The translations under genes were made by a program, and so were the position numbers. From an uncultured bacterium (GTDB taxonomy: Bacteria; Fidelibacterota; Marinisomatia; Marinisomatales; JAHJCW01): 64,000 nt of DNA. Location of the stretch: contig CBDURO010000005.1 of the NCBI GenBank assembly GCA_965369995.1, positions 4,295 to 68,294 of the forward strand, read 5' to 3'. Below are positions 31,473 through 41,357 of the stretch, piece after piece (the stretch's first letter is position 1; the number at the start of each line of letters is the position of its first letter). Below the pieces are notes generated by a model. That model ran no database searches. It saw only the letters and a list, made by a program, of their open reading frames with translations, and was not told the origin of the DNA.

Positions 31473-33273
31473 AGATAAAAAATTATTACTAAGGTTGTTG
31501 GAACAGGGCGAGTCAATTATCGCCCTGTTTGTTTTTGCCGGAATTGTACTTGTACCTGCTTTTGAAGCTCTGGCTCGTCTATTTAACGTTTCTATTATTC
31601 CGGGTGCTCCAATTTGGACACAACATTTAACCCTTTGGGTAGCATTTATTGGTGCTATGATAGCATCGCAGAATAATAAATTATTGTCCCTTACGAGTAA
31701 GCCATTATTCACTCACGATCGCTCATATAATATTGGGAAATTTATTGCACGAACTGCTTCCGTTATTATTGTTATTTCGTTAATGATTGCAAGCATAGAA
31801 TTAATAAAGATAGAGTTTCAGTATTCAGTGCCTGTGGTCCCTGGAATTCCACGATGGGTAGCGCAGATAATTATGCCAATTGGTTTTGCAGTTATTGCTA
31901 TTCAACTTATATATTTGAGTAGTAATTCAAAATTTTATAGAGGTGTTATACTTATAGTAACACTTTTTTGGTTTGTAATAAGTTACGCAGGATTTCTACA
32001 GGAACTAGGATGGACTATATGGATTTTTGGTACTTTAATTCTTGTTTCTTTAGTATACGGAATGCCGATTTTTATTGGTTTGGGAGGAATTGCGGTATTA
32101 CTATTTTGGAAGGATTTCACACCAATTACTGCTATTCCTGCTGAGACTTATCGTATTGTAGTTTCTCCTTCTTTACCGACCATTCCACTTTTTACATTAG
32201 TTGGCTTTGTGTTGGCCGAAAGCGGAGCTTCCCGTAGGATGATGTCTTTTTTTAAATCTGCATTTTCTTGGATTCCAGGCGGTACTCCGATAATTGTCGT
32301 GATTTTAAGTGGATTTTTTACAGCAATGACCGGTGGATCGGGTGTGACAATTTTGGCGCTTGGTGGACTTCTGTATCCAATGCTAAGGAAAGAGGGATAT
32401 TCAGAAATGTTCTCATTGGGATTAATAACTGTAGCCGGTTCGTTGGGTCTGTTATTCCCACCAAGTTTGCCATTAATTATTTATAGTGTTTCGGCAGGTG
32501 TATCCGTTAAGGATGCATTTTTAGCCGGATTTATACCGGGTACTTTGCTAATTGTCCTAATTGGTATTTGGGCTGTTTATCAAGGCAAAGTACAAAAAAT
32601 AGAACGAACGCCTTTTAATTGGAAAAAAGTATTTTCTTCAACTAAGGAATCAATTTGGGAAATATTAATTCCAATTTTTATCCTATTGGGTATATTTACC
32701 GGTTATATGACTTTAGTTGAAACTGCAGCCGCATTGGTGATTTATGTACTTATAATTGAAATATACATCTATAAAGATTTCAAATGGAAAAATATCCCTA
32801 AAATTGTAATTGATTGTACTGCTTTGATTGGTGGTGTATTGATCATACTAGGAGTAGCAATGGGTTTAACCAGCTACTTAGTAGATGCACAAATACCTTT
32901 AAAATTATTAGCATGGGTAAAAACAGCAATCTCATCAAAATATGTATTTTTATTAATGTTAAATATTTTGTTGCTTTTGGTGGGAAGTCTAATGGATATA
33001 TTTTCTGCGATTATTGTATTCGTACCATTGCTTGCCCCGTTAGGAGATTATTTTGGTATACATCCTGTACACATGGCAATTATCTTCATTGCCAATTTAG
33101 AGCTTGGATTTATTACTCCGCCGGTTGGTATGAATTTATTTTTATCAGCTTATCGGTTTGATAAACCGATGTTAAAAGTGTACCGTTCAACATTACCATT
33201 TTTTATTGTGAGATTGTTAGCAGTATTAGCAATTACTTATATTCCAATAATTTCCTTAGGTTTTATTGACTAA
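31459..33273 (+). CDS. dctM: TRAP transporter fused small+large permease (DctQ-DctM)
   Basis: 604 aa; N-terminal DctQ-like four TM; IPLFTLVG, GSLGLLFPPS, ELGFITPPVGMNLF. Confidence 0.92.
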   Translation: MTGIKDKKLLLRLLEQGESIIALFVFAGIVLVPAFEALARLFNVSIIPGAPIWTQHLTLWVAFIGAMIASQNNKLLSLTSKPLFTHDRSYNIGKFIARTASVIIVISLMIASIELIKIEFQYSVPVVPGIPRWVAQIIMPIGFAVIAIQLIYLSSNSKFYRGVILIVTLFWFVISYAGFLQELGWTIWIFGTLILVSLVYGMPIFIGLGGIAVLLFWKDFTPITAIPAETYRIVVSPSLPTIPLFTLVGFVLAESGASRRMMSFFKSAFSWIPGGTPIIVVILSGFFTAMTGGSGVTILALGGLLYPMLRKEGYSEMFSLGLITVAGSLGLLFPPSLPLIIYSVSAGVSVKDAFLAGFIPGTLLIVLIGIWAVYQGKVQKIERTPFNWKKVFSSTKESIWEILIPIFILLGIFTGYMTLVETAAALVIYVLIIEIYIYKDFKWKNIPKIVIDCTALIGGVLIILGVAMGLTSYLVDAQIPLKLLAWVKTAISSKYVFLLMLNILLLLVGSLMDIFSAIIVFVPLLAPLGDYFGIHPVHMAIIFIANLELGFITPPVGMNLFLSAYRFDKPMLKVYRSTLPFFIVRLLAVLAITYIPIISLGFID

Positions 33274-33282
33274 TAATCGTAC

Positions 33283-33311
33283 TTGCACAGCATTATTAAT
33301 ATTAATATATT
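33283..33311 (+). promoter_or_regulatory. Candidate sigma70-type promoter of the porV locus
   Basis: TTGCAC (33283-33288), 17 nt spacer, TATATT (33306-33311); AAGGAG RBS before ATG 33407. Confidence 0.5.
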
Positions 33312-33406
33312 TGTTTAATTAAATAGGACATATCTATACTTAAAACGCTACTATTTTTTCAAAAGAAGTTTAATTAAATTAAATATCATATATTAAGGAG
33401 TGCCGT

Positions 33407-34738
33407 ATGAAGCGTTTTATTGTCGTTGGCTTAATAATAATTTTAATAATTACCACATTGGGCTTTGCTCAAAGTGAAGCAGGTTCAATATTTTTATTAA
33501 TTGCGCCCAGTGCTCGCGCAGGAGGAATGGGTGAAGCACATGTAGGGCTTGCCGACGATGCCTATGCAAGTTATTGGAATCCGGCAGGACTAGGATTTTT
33601 AGAAGGAACCGAATTGGCATTAATGCATGTTAATTGGCTTCCAAACCTCGCTGATGATATGGCTTATGATTTTTTTGCTATGCGCAAATCAATCCCTAAT
33701 ATCGGAACGGTTGGTGGGCATTTGATTTATTTAAATCTTGGCGAGCAAACTCGGACAGATGAAATTGGAACTGAGTTAGGAAAATTTTCAAGTTATATGT
33801 TTGCCTTTAATCTATCGTATAGTACAAAAATCAATGAAAAATCTGCTTTCGGTATAAATGCAAAAGTATCGTATCAACATTTAACTGATCAGGGAGCAGG
33901 TGCTGAGGAAGGTTCAGGAAGTTCAACTGATTTCGGTTTTGATTTGGGTTATATGAAGAAAGAATTTCTCTTGCCACATCTAACTTTGGGAACTACAATT
34001 ACTAATATAGGACCTAAAGTATCGTTTATTGATCCTGCTCAGGCCGACCCGCAACCAACTAATTTTACATTAGGCTTTAATTATCAGGTGCTTAATTCTG
34101 AATATAATAAACTTTCTGTAGTGTGGGATATTAATAAATTATTAGTTGCTTCATATCCTGACATGGATTGGGATGGTGACGGCATTATCGGTGGCTACGA
34201 TGAGGATGGGAATGAAACAACCAAAAACGCATTTTATAATAATGATGGAAAACAAGAAACCGCCCATACCGATCCCTTATATTTGGCATTATTCACTTCC
34301 TGGTTTGATGATTGGTTCTTAGGCGGCGATATTGATATGGCTTCTGCCGGCAATCTTGCCGATGGCATAATCGGGGGTTGGAATTGGGTGGATAATAACG
34401 GCAATGGTAATATTGATGTTGATGAAGGAGAAATGGTTGAATCTGAAGGGGGAAAATATAACGAATATGGACAAAAGGAAGTTGGAAGCGGAGATGCTCG
34501 TTCGATTAAAAATGAGCTTAGGCAAATTGTTCATAATATTGGCTTAGAATATTGGTATGCAAATGTATTTGCTATTCGATTAGGATATATTTACGATTAT
34601 AACGGAAAATTATTTAACCCAACAATGGGTGTTGGTTTACGTTATGGTGGATATGGATTTGATTTTGGTTATACTTTTGGTGAACCGGGTCATCCGCTAG
34701 AAAATACAATGCGTTTTTCCCTTAACTGGGCTTTTTAA
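33407..34738 (+). CDS. porV: PorV-family outer-membrane barrel with a large acidic insertion
   Basis: 443 aa; FLLIAPSARAGGMGEAHV, YWNPAGL, WLPNLADDM, GFDLG, NIGPKVSF, P.TNFTLG, GLEYWY, RLGY, ends TMRFSLNWAF. Confidence 0.88.
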   Translation: MKRFIVVGLIIILIITTLGFAQSEAGSIFLLIAPSARAGGMGEAHVGLADDAYASYWNPAGLGFLEGTELALMHVNWLPNLADDMAYDFFAMRKSIPNIGTVGGHLIYLNLGEQTRTDEIGTELGKFSSYMFAFNLSYSTKINEKSAFGINAKVSYQHLTDQGAGAEEGSGSSTDFGFDLGYMKKEFLLPHLTLGTTITNIGPKVSFIDPAQADPQPTNFTLGFNYQVLNSEYNKLSVVWDINKLLVASYPDMDWDGDGIIGGYDEDGNETTKNAFYNNDGKQETAHTDPLYLALFTSWFDDWFLGGDIDMASAGNLADGIIGGWNWVDNNGNGNIDVDEGEMVESEGGKYNEYGQKEVGSGDARSIKNELRQIVHNIGLEYWYANVFAIRLGYIYDYNGKLFNPTMGVGLRYGGYGFDFGYTFGEPGHPLENTMRFSLNWAF

Positions 34739-34769
34739 AATATAAATATAGATATAATTAATTATTAAA

Positions 34770-37550
34770 ATGTACGGTCGTTTTAGCAAGATGTTTATGA
34801 TTGTCTTGCTAACGACCGTTTCTTTATTATGGGGGGCAATCGAACACGATTTAAAGCTATTAGTCTTACGTGTAGATTTCATAGCTGACAATCATGAGGG
34901 AACAACCGGAAACGGCAAATTCCTACTAACTAATGCATCAGATTATTGTGGTAATTATACAGTTGACCCTCCACCACATGATAAATCGTACTTTGAATCG
35001 CAATTAAAAGCACTTGATAGTTATTTCCGTTCAGTTTCTAATGGACATTTTGGAATCGATCTTGAAAGATCAGATATTTTCCCAACTGATCCTGAATTGG
35101 TTTACACTATGCTGGATTCTATGTCTTATTACCATCCCTTTTTAAGTGATTTAGGTCAAGAAGAAAGAGATTTTAAACACGAAAAACGAATCGTAGAATT
35201 ATTTTCAGACGCTGTAACAACTGCAGATTCATCTGATAATATAATATTCAGTAATTATGATGTAGTTGTAATATTCCATGCAGGGGTTAGTCAGGATTTT
35301 GCATTTGAAATTGATACCACTCCTGAAGATATACCATCGACCTATATTGATTATTCAATGATACGTAAGCATATTAGGAATGCTGGAATTAATGTGGGTG
35401 ATACATACATTAAAAGTGGCATTATACTACCCGAAACACAAAATCATGTTCTATTTCCTGAAATGGTAGAACAATTTGAGAAAAGTGGTATTCAAAATAT
35501 TTGCAATTATCAATATGGATTAACCGGAACATTTGCTATGTTAATTGGACAAGCCATCGGTTTACCGCCTTTGTGGAACACAGAAACAGGTGAAAGTGGA
35601 ATAGGTGTATTTGGTTTAATGGATCAAGGATCAAATAATGGTCAAGGATTAATTCCTGCACCGCCAATGGCTTGGAATCGAATATTATTTGGATGGGAGG
35701 AGCCGGAAGTTATAATTCCCGATGATATTGTAGAAATTGAATCAAGACCGACAGGAAAAATACTAAAAGTTGATATAGACGACGATGAATACTTTTTAAT
35801 AGAAAATAGAACTAATTGGTTTAGATCAAATATTGATATTGATTCGGTTAGACAAGTAGTTTATAATAAAACGGATACGATTCCAAATATCATCGAAATT
35901 ATTTTTGATTCAGTCGGGGTTGTAAGGGATGAGAATGGTGTTATTGTTGCGGTACCCGATTATGACATTGGTCTACCGGGCTCTGGACTATTAATTTGGC
36001 ATATCGATGAATCAATTATTTCAGATAATATTCAATTAAATTCAATCAATAATGATCCAAAATTCAAAGGAATTGATTTAGAGGAGGCGGGTGGCGCTCA
36101 AGATATCGGTTATGTAAGTACAGCCCTTTTCCGAAACCCATCAATAGGTGAACCGTTTGATATGTGGTACCGAGGCAATCCGGAATATGATGAAGTCAAT
36201 GCGAATACTAAAGGTAATCCACTTGAATTTAATTCAATGACTTATCCTAATACGAATTCTAATGCTGGTGCAATATCTAATTTAAATATCGGAAATATTG
36301 GATATGCATCTGACAAAATGCAGATTACAATTTCAAATGGTTTGACGCTTTCGGGTTTTCTCGATACTTCTTTGCATATACTCTATCATACTGATATTAC
36401 AGGAGATGGAAATAAAGAAATTATAGGTGGTAGCAAAAAGTTATGGTGGTCGGATATGGAAATTATAGATAAAAATGAATTTTATGAATTACCTTCAACC
36501 AACAATTTATTTGTTATGACAAATATCAATAATAATAATTTAGTTGTATTGTCGGATTTAGGTGATTCACTTAAGATGATTTGGTTCGAATACTATGACG
36601 GATTTGTCATTAAACGTGATTCTACATTATATGATATTCCTAAATTGACTTCTCATCTAACCGGAAGTTTGGATAGTGACGAAGTAAATATTGTTAATGA
36701 TGCACCGGAAATATTATTAATAAATACCAAATCCGATTCAAATATTTCAGTTAGAATTCCTTTTGAGGGTGGAATAATAATTGGTGATCAATCAATCGCA
36801 TATAATGATATTGAATTCCAATATATATCAGCTATAGATTTGGATTTAGATGGAAGAATTGACGTATTAGCTATTGATATTGATGGCAAATTTTATGCAT
36901 TTAATCAAAATTATATTTACTCAACGGGATTTCCGGTTAATATAGCAGCGATCCCACCAATCCTTGCTAAAAATATTATTGGAGACGAAAAACCGGAAAT
37001 TATTTTTCAGAATAGTGATGGAGAGATCGTCATTCTAAATAATGTAGGGGAATTGCAGTATAAGTTAACTAATCATAAAAACAGTAGATTACGTATGCTT
37101 AGTGAATATAATAATCGGAATATTATAATTACTGAATCAACAATTTGGTCATTTGATGAAGTTGAACCTACAAATGGAAATGAATGGTCAATGTATTATT
37201 CCGATGAAATCAATTCCAATACAATAACAATTGAGTATATAAAGGAAGCGACGAACGGAGATAAACTTATTGATAAAAAACGTACTTATGTTTATCCAAA
37301 TCCGGTAAGAGATGGAAATGCCAAAATCAGAGTATTCAATTATTCAGCTGAAAAGATTAATTTAAAAATATATGATGCAGCGGGATATTTTATTGATGAA
37401 ATCAAAAGTAATATCGATGTAAAGAACAGTGTCTGGGAAACCGAATGGGATGTAAGGGGTATTGAATCCGGCGTTTATCTTATTAAGCTGACAGCAACAA
37501 ATCAATATCGTGAAGAATCAACAATATTAAAAGTAGGCGTGATTCATTGA
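34770..37550 (+). CDS. Exported M6 (immune inhibitor A)-like protein lacking zinc ligands, with FG-GAP-like region and T9SS type A C-terminal sorting domain
   Basis: 926 aa; IFHAG, GLMDQGS, YFLIENR, GLLIWHIDE; zinc site reads MLIGQAIGLPP; C-terminus YPNP..KIYDAAG..EWD..SGVYLIKL..LKVGVIH. Confidence 0.78.
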   Translation: MYGRFSKMFMIVLLTTVSLLWGAIEHDLKLLVLRVDFIADNHEGTTGNGKFLLTNASDYCGNYTVDPPPHDKSYFESQLKALDSYFRSVSNGHFGIDLERSDIFPTDPELVYTMLDSMSYYHPFLSDLGQEERDFKHEKRIVELFSDAVTTADSSDNIIFSNYDVVVIFHAGVSQDFAFEIDTTPEDIPSTYIDYSMIRKHIRNAGINVGDTYIKSGIILPETQNHVLFPEMVEQFEKSGIQNICNYQYGLTGTFAMLIGQAIGLPPLWNTETGESGIGVFGLMDQGSNNGQGLIPAPPMAWNRILFGWEEPEVIIPDDIVEIESRPTGKILKVDIDDDEYFLIENRTNWFRSNIDIDSVRQVVYNKTDTIPNIIEIIFDSVGVVRDENGVIVAVPDYDIGLPGSGLLIWHIDESIISDNIQLNSINNDPKFKGIDLEEAGGAQDIGYVSTALFRNPSIGEPFDMWYRGNPEYDEVNANTKGNPLEFNSMTYPNTNSNAGAISNLNIGNIGYASDKMQITISNGLTLSGFLDTSLHILYHTDITGDGNKEIIGGSKKLWWSDMEIIDKNEFYELPSTNNLFVMTNINNNNLVVLSDLGDSLKMIWFEYYDGFVIKRDSTLYDIPKLTSHLTGSLDSDEVNIVNDAPEILLINTKSDSNISVRIPFEGGIIIGDQSIAYNDIEFQYISAIDLDLDGRIDVLAIDIDGKFYAFNQNYIYSTGFPVNIAAIPPILAKNIIGDEKPEIIFQNSDGEIVILNNVGELQYKLTNHKNSRLRMLSEYNNRNIIITESTIWSFDEVEPTNGNEWSMYYSDEINSNTITIEYIKEATNGDKLIDKKRTYVYPNPVRDGNAKIRVFNYSAEKINLKIYDAAGYFIDEIKSNIDVKNSVWETEWDVRGIESGVYLIKLTATNQYREESTILKVGVIH

Positions 37551-40474
37551 AGTATTACTTTATATTACTTTTATTTATTATCCCGATTAATTTAAGTTCT
37601 CAAGGTCAATATAATTACCCGGAGATTGAGTGGCAAACAATAGAAACCGAGCACTTTAAAATACATTTTTATTCTGATACGGAAATCTTAGCTCATGAAG
37701 CAGCGGGAATTCTTGAATATATTTATCCATTTATTACAGATTTATATCAACATGAACCAAAGGAAAAAACGCATTTAATTTTTATAGATACGGAAGATGT
37801 TGCAAATGGTGTGGCATATTATTATGATAATAAAATGGAGATATGGGCGTTACCTTTGGACATCGCTTTGCGTGGCAGCCATAAGTGGTTAGAGAACGTA
37901 TTAACGCATGAGTTTACTCACATTATTTCTATACAAAAAGCGATGAAAGCCGGTACATCAATTCCCGGAGCTTTTTTCCAATGGATTGGCTATGAAAACG
38001 AGACGCATAAAAATGTATTGTATGGTTATCCCAATACGGTGGTTAGTTACCCAATTCCGGCGGCTGTGGTACCACCTTGGTTAGCTGAGGGAACTGCTCA
38101 ACATATGTACGCCAATTCAGATTGGGACACATGGGATTCTCATCGTGATATGATTTTGCGTGACCAAGCATTGAATGATAATTTGTTATCTTTTGAGGAA
38201 ATAAATACTTTCGGAAAATGTGGTATTGGAAATGAATCGGTATATAATTCCGGCTATGCGTTTGTGAACTATATTGTTGAAAAGTTTGGCGAAGAAACGC
38301 TTCGATTATTAATGGAAGAACTATCGAATCCATTTCAATATTCCATAGATAAAGTTATTGAGAAAACAACAGGAATTGGCGGAAAAGAATTGTACGAAAA
38401 GTATATTGATGAATTAATTGAAAAATATCGAAACTCTACAAAATCCATTAGTGAAGGTGGTAATTATATAAAAATATTACAAAATGTAGGTACCACTAAT
38501 TTATATCCAAAATGGTCAAATGATGGAAGTCGGTACGCCTATATTTCCAACAAAAAAAATGATTATTTTAGTCAGACTGATCTTTATGTTTACAATTTTA
38601 CTTACCAAGAAGATAAAAAAATTGCTTCGTTGGTGCACTCCGCTCCTACATGGGGAACCGGAGACAGTATTATTTATTACAGCAAGAAGCCCAATATGAA
38701 CAATTTGAAAGGGTATCGCTACTATGATCTCTATGCTTATGATATTAAAGAAGATAAGGAAACAAGGCTGACAAAATCAGCTCGGGCAGTGTCACCGGTT
38801 TTTATCGAATATTTAAATTCGATTGCTTATATCGCTATGGATAGCGGGAAACAAAGCATTTTTATTTATTCATTGGAGTCAGATGAATCTAGAAAAATTA
38901 AAGTTTTTGATGACAATAGAATTTTACACAATTTATACTTTAACCCAAAAGAAAATAGTTTATTATTCGATTATACAACTCATCACTTCAGAAATATTGC
39001 TTCCTTATCATTAGATGATTATGATGTTACTGATATCATTTCTACAGTTGATAATGACGAAAGAGATGTTTGTATCACTAATGTTGGAAAGTTGCTATTT
39101 TCTACTGATATAGATGGTATTTATAATATTTCACAACAAGATACTTTTGGTGTAAATCACTATACCAATGTAAAGGGCGGTGCTTTTATGCCCAATGTAA
39201 ATAAAGATGGGAAAATATTATTTTCATTATATCAAGATGGTGGATATAAAATTGCAATAATTGATACTCCTAAAGCAGTTAATTCAGTAGCTTATTCTAA
39301 TCTTGATCATTCAAAGTATCATGCACCTATTAACAATCCTGACCATAGCATTGCTGAAAAGTATCAAGATAATTTTGCACAAATGTTTGTGATGCCACGC
39401 TTAATGATTGACTATGGTACTTTTAAACCGGGATTCTATTTTTATTCAAGTGAAATATTAGATAAGTTGTCTTTGAGTGGGGGAGTAACCGTTAATTTTG
39501 ATAAAGATATAGATTTTTCTTTTAATTTGGCTTATCGAAAATTGTATCCAACTGTTTATACTGAGTTTATGTATGCTACCCGGAATACGGTTGAACAATC
39601 TAAATATTCGGTTTACGATATTGATGACAGATTAAAATTTCGCTTTGTTTTAATGCAAGCCGGACTGCAATTACCATTTTTTGGCAATGATGTAATTGAT
39701 ATTTATGCGCGATGGCAAAGATATCGAGCATTCATTAAAGAGAGTATTAGACATTTAAGTCTTGATGTTGGATATGCTTACGATTATTATCGTGGTTTGT
39801 CAACAGGAGTCAAATTCGGTTGGGATAATATTAAAGCAACCGTTGATCGAAATATTAATCCTTCTAAGGGCTATAAATTCAGAGTAAATATGTCTTATGA
39901 AATGAATGATTTTATTGAAGGATTAAATTTATCAAATTCCGGAACACTAGTTGAAGAATTTGCTCCGAATAATTATTTAAAAATTGATGCAATTGGTTCT
40001 TTTCACACTACTATTTTATCATCAAAAAGATGGACTTTGAATTTGACTGCGAAAAGTGGTTGGTTATCTAATTCTTCGGTTGAATCATTTTTCAACTACT
40101 TTGGAGGCGGTATGGATGGTATTCAAGGCTACCCATATTATAGCTTTGAAGGAACAAATTCCATTTTTTCGGAAGTTGCCTTGCGGATTCCGATGTTTAG
40201 ACAATTACATATACCGTTGGGTTGGATGATATGGCAAAATTCCACAATTGGCATTGAATATCAATTTGGTGATACCTGGACTGATGAATTTAATATGAAA
40301 CAATCTGTAGGTCTTCATTTGCGATTCAATGGATTTTCGTTTTATAATTATCCAACAGCATTAGGTTTTGAAGTTCACCATGGCTTAACAACTTTTACTA
40401 AATTCAGCAACGGTAACGAAATAAACTATGGTGATGAGAATCGATATTATCTAACTTTACTATTCGGATTTTAA
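37547..40474 (+). CDS. Outer-membrane protein: gluzincin-like peptidase domain + TolB/PD40 propeller + C-terminal Omp85-like barrel
   Basis: 975 aa; ETEHFKIHF, LTHEFTH (37907-37921) with downstream PWLAEG, PKWSNDG/PTWG/DLYAYD repeats, C-terminus YYLTLLFGF. Confidence 0.72.
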   Translation: MKYYFILLLFIIPINLSSQGQYNYPEIEWQTIETEHFKIHFYSDTEILAHEAAGILEYIYPFITDLYQHEPKEKTHLIFIDTEDVANGVAYYYDNKMEIWALPLDIALRGSHKWLENVLTHEFTHIISIQKAMKAGTSIPGAFFQWIGYENETHKNVLYGYPNTVVSYPIPAAVVPPWLAEGTAQHMYANSDWDTWDSHRDMILRDQALNDNLLSFEEINTFGKCGIGNESVYNSGYAFVNYIVEKFGEETLRLLMEELSNPFQYSIDKVIEKTTGIGGKELYEKYIDELIEKYRNSTKSISEGGNYIKILQNVGTTNLYPKWSNDGSRYAYISNKKNDYFSQTDLYVYNFTYQEDKKIASLVHSAPTWGTGDSIIYYSKKPNMNNLKGYRYYDLYAYDIKEDKETRLTKSARAVSPVFIEYLNSIAYIAMDSGKQSIFIYSLESDESRKIKVFDDNRILHNLYFNPKENSLLFDYTTHHFRNIASLSLDDYDVTDIISTVDNDERDVCITNVGKLLFSTDIDGIYNISQQDTFGVNHYTNVKGGAFMPNVNKDGKILFSLYQDGGYKIAIIDTPKAVNSVAYSNLDHSKYHAPINNPDHSIAEKYQDNFAQMFVMPRLMIDYGTFKPGFYFYSSEILDKLSLSGGVTVNFDKDIDFSFNLAYRKLYPTVYTEFMYATRNTVEQSKYSVYDIDDRLKFRFVLMQAGLQLPFFGNDVIDIYARWQRYRAFIKESIRHLSLDVGYAYDYYRGLSTGVKFGWDNIKATVDRNINPSKGYKFRVNMSYEMNDFIEGLNLSNSGTLVEEFAPNNYLKIDAIGSFHTTILSSKRWTLNLTAKSGWLSNSSVESFFNYFGGGMDGIQGYPYYSFEGTNSIFSEVALRIPMFRQLHIPLGWMIWQNSTIGIEYQFGDTWTDEFNMKQSVGLHLRFNGFSFYNYPTALGFEVHHGLTTFTKFSNGNEINYGDENRYYLTLLFGF

Positions 40475-40475
40475 A

Positions 40476-41357
40476 TTGCGGAAAATAATTACATTATTCA
40501 TAGTGCTTTCTACAATTGTCTGCGGAGACGATTTATTAATAAATCTCGATAATCGTTTTGCTACGAAAGTAGATTTAACAAATCTTGTTCACAATTCAAT
40601 ATTTTCGGATTCATTAGATATTAATAGTAAGCAATCCATACTAAAACCGATGATTGCTTCATTAGTCATACCTGGATTTGGACAATATATAAATCGTTCA
40701 CCATGGTGGAAAACAGTTTTGTTCGCCGGAGTTGAAGTTGCAGGTATAACAGGATACATATCGTGGATAAATAAAGCTGATGATATTACTAAAGACTATG
40801 AAAATTGGGCTGATGAACATTGGAATATGAGACGTTGGGTAAATGATAGTGCAATTTTGTTAAGCGATATAAAAGCAAATGGATTTCCTAATGTTAATGA
40901 TGTACGAATTGATGGAAGTCATCACATTACCATTATTATAAATGGAAAATATGAATCCTCTGAAATATTATTAGAAAATCCTAATATTGAATATGTTGAA
41001 TTAAGAGATTGGGATTTTTATGAAGGTATAGGCAAATATGATCAATTTGTAGCCGGTTGGGATGATGCAATATCAAATTGGGAAATAGTACGAAAGAAGA
41101 TCAAGAATGGAGAAGACGAGTTAATTGTGATGACTCCCAATAAACAGCATTATTTAAATTTACGTAATGATAGCAATGTTCTTTATAAAAATGCTAAGTT
41201 TGCTGTTAGTGCATTATTATTTAACCATATTTTTAGCGCATTAGACGCATTGTGGAACGCGAATAAAAACAAAGATCTATCTTATAAGTTAGACGTATCT
41301 ATAGGATCAGAATCAAACTATGTAATCAAAGGAATATCGGTTCAATGGAATTTGTAA
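40476..41357 (+). CDS. Exported/membrane protein with DUF5683-like motif
   Basis: 293 aa; ASLVIPGFGQYIN motif, FYEGIGKYDQF..GWDD, C-terminal strand ISVQWNL; TTG start. Confidence 0.6.
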   Translation: MRKIITLFIVLSTIVCGDDLLINLDNRFATKVDLTNLVHNSIFSDSLDINSKQSILKPMIASLVIPGFGQYINRSPWWKTVLFAGVEVAGITGYISWINKADDITKDYENWADEHWNMRRWVNDSAILLSDIKANGFPNVNDVRIDGSHHITIIINGKYESSEILLENPNIEYVELRDWDFYEGIGKYDQFVAGWDDAISNWEIVRKKIKNGEDELIVMTPNKQHYLNLRNDSNVLYKNAKFAVSALLFNHIFSALDALWNANKNKDLSYKLDVSIGSESNYVIKGISVQWNL

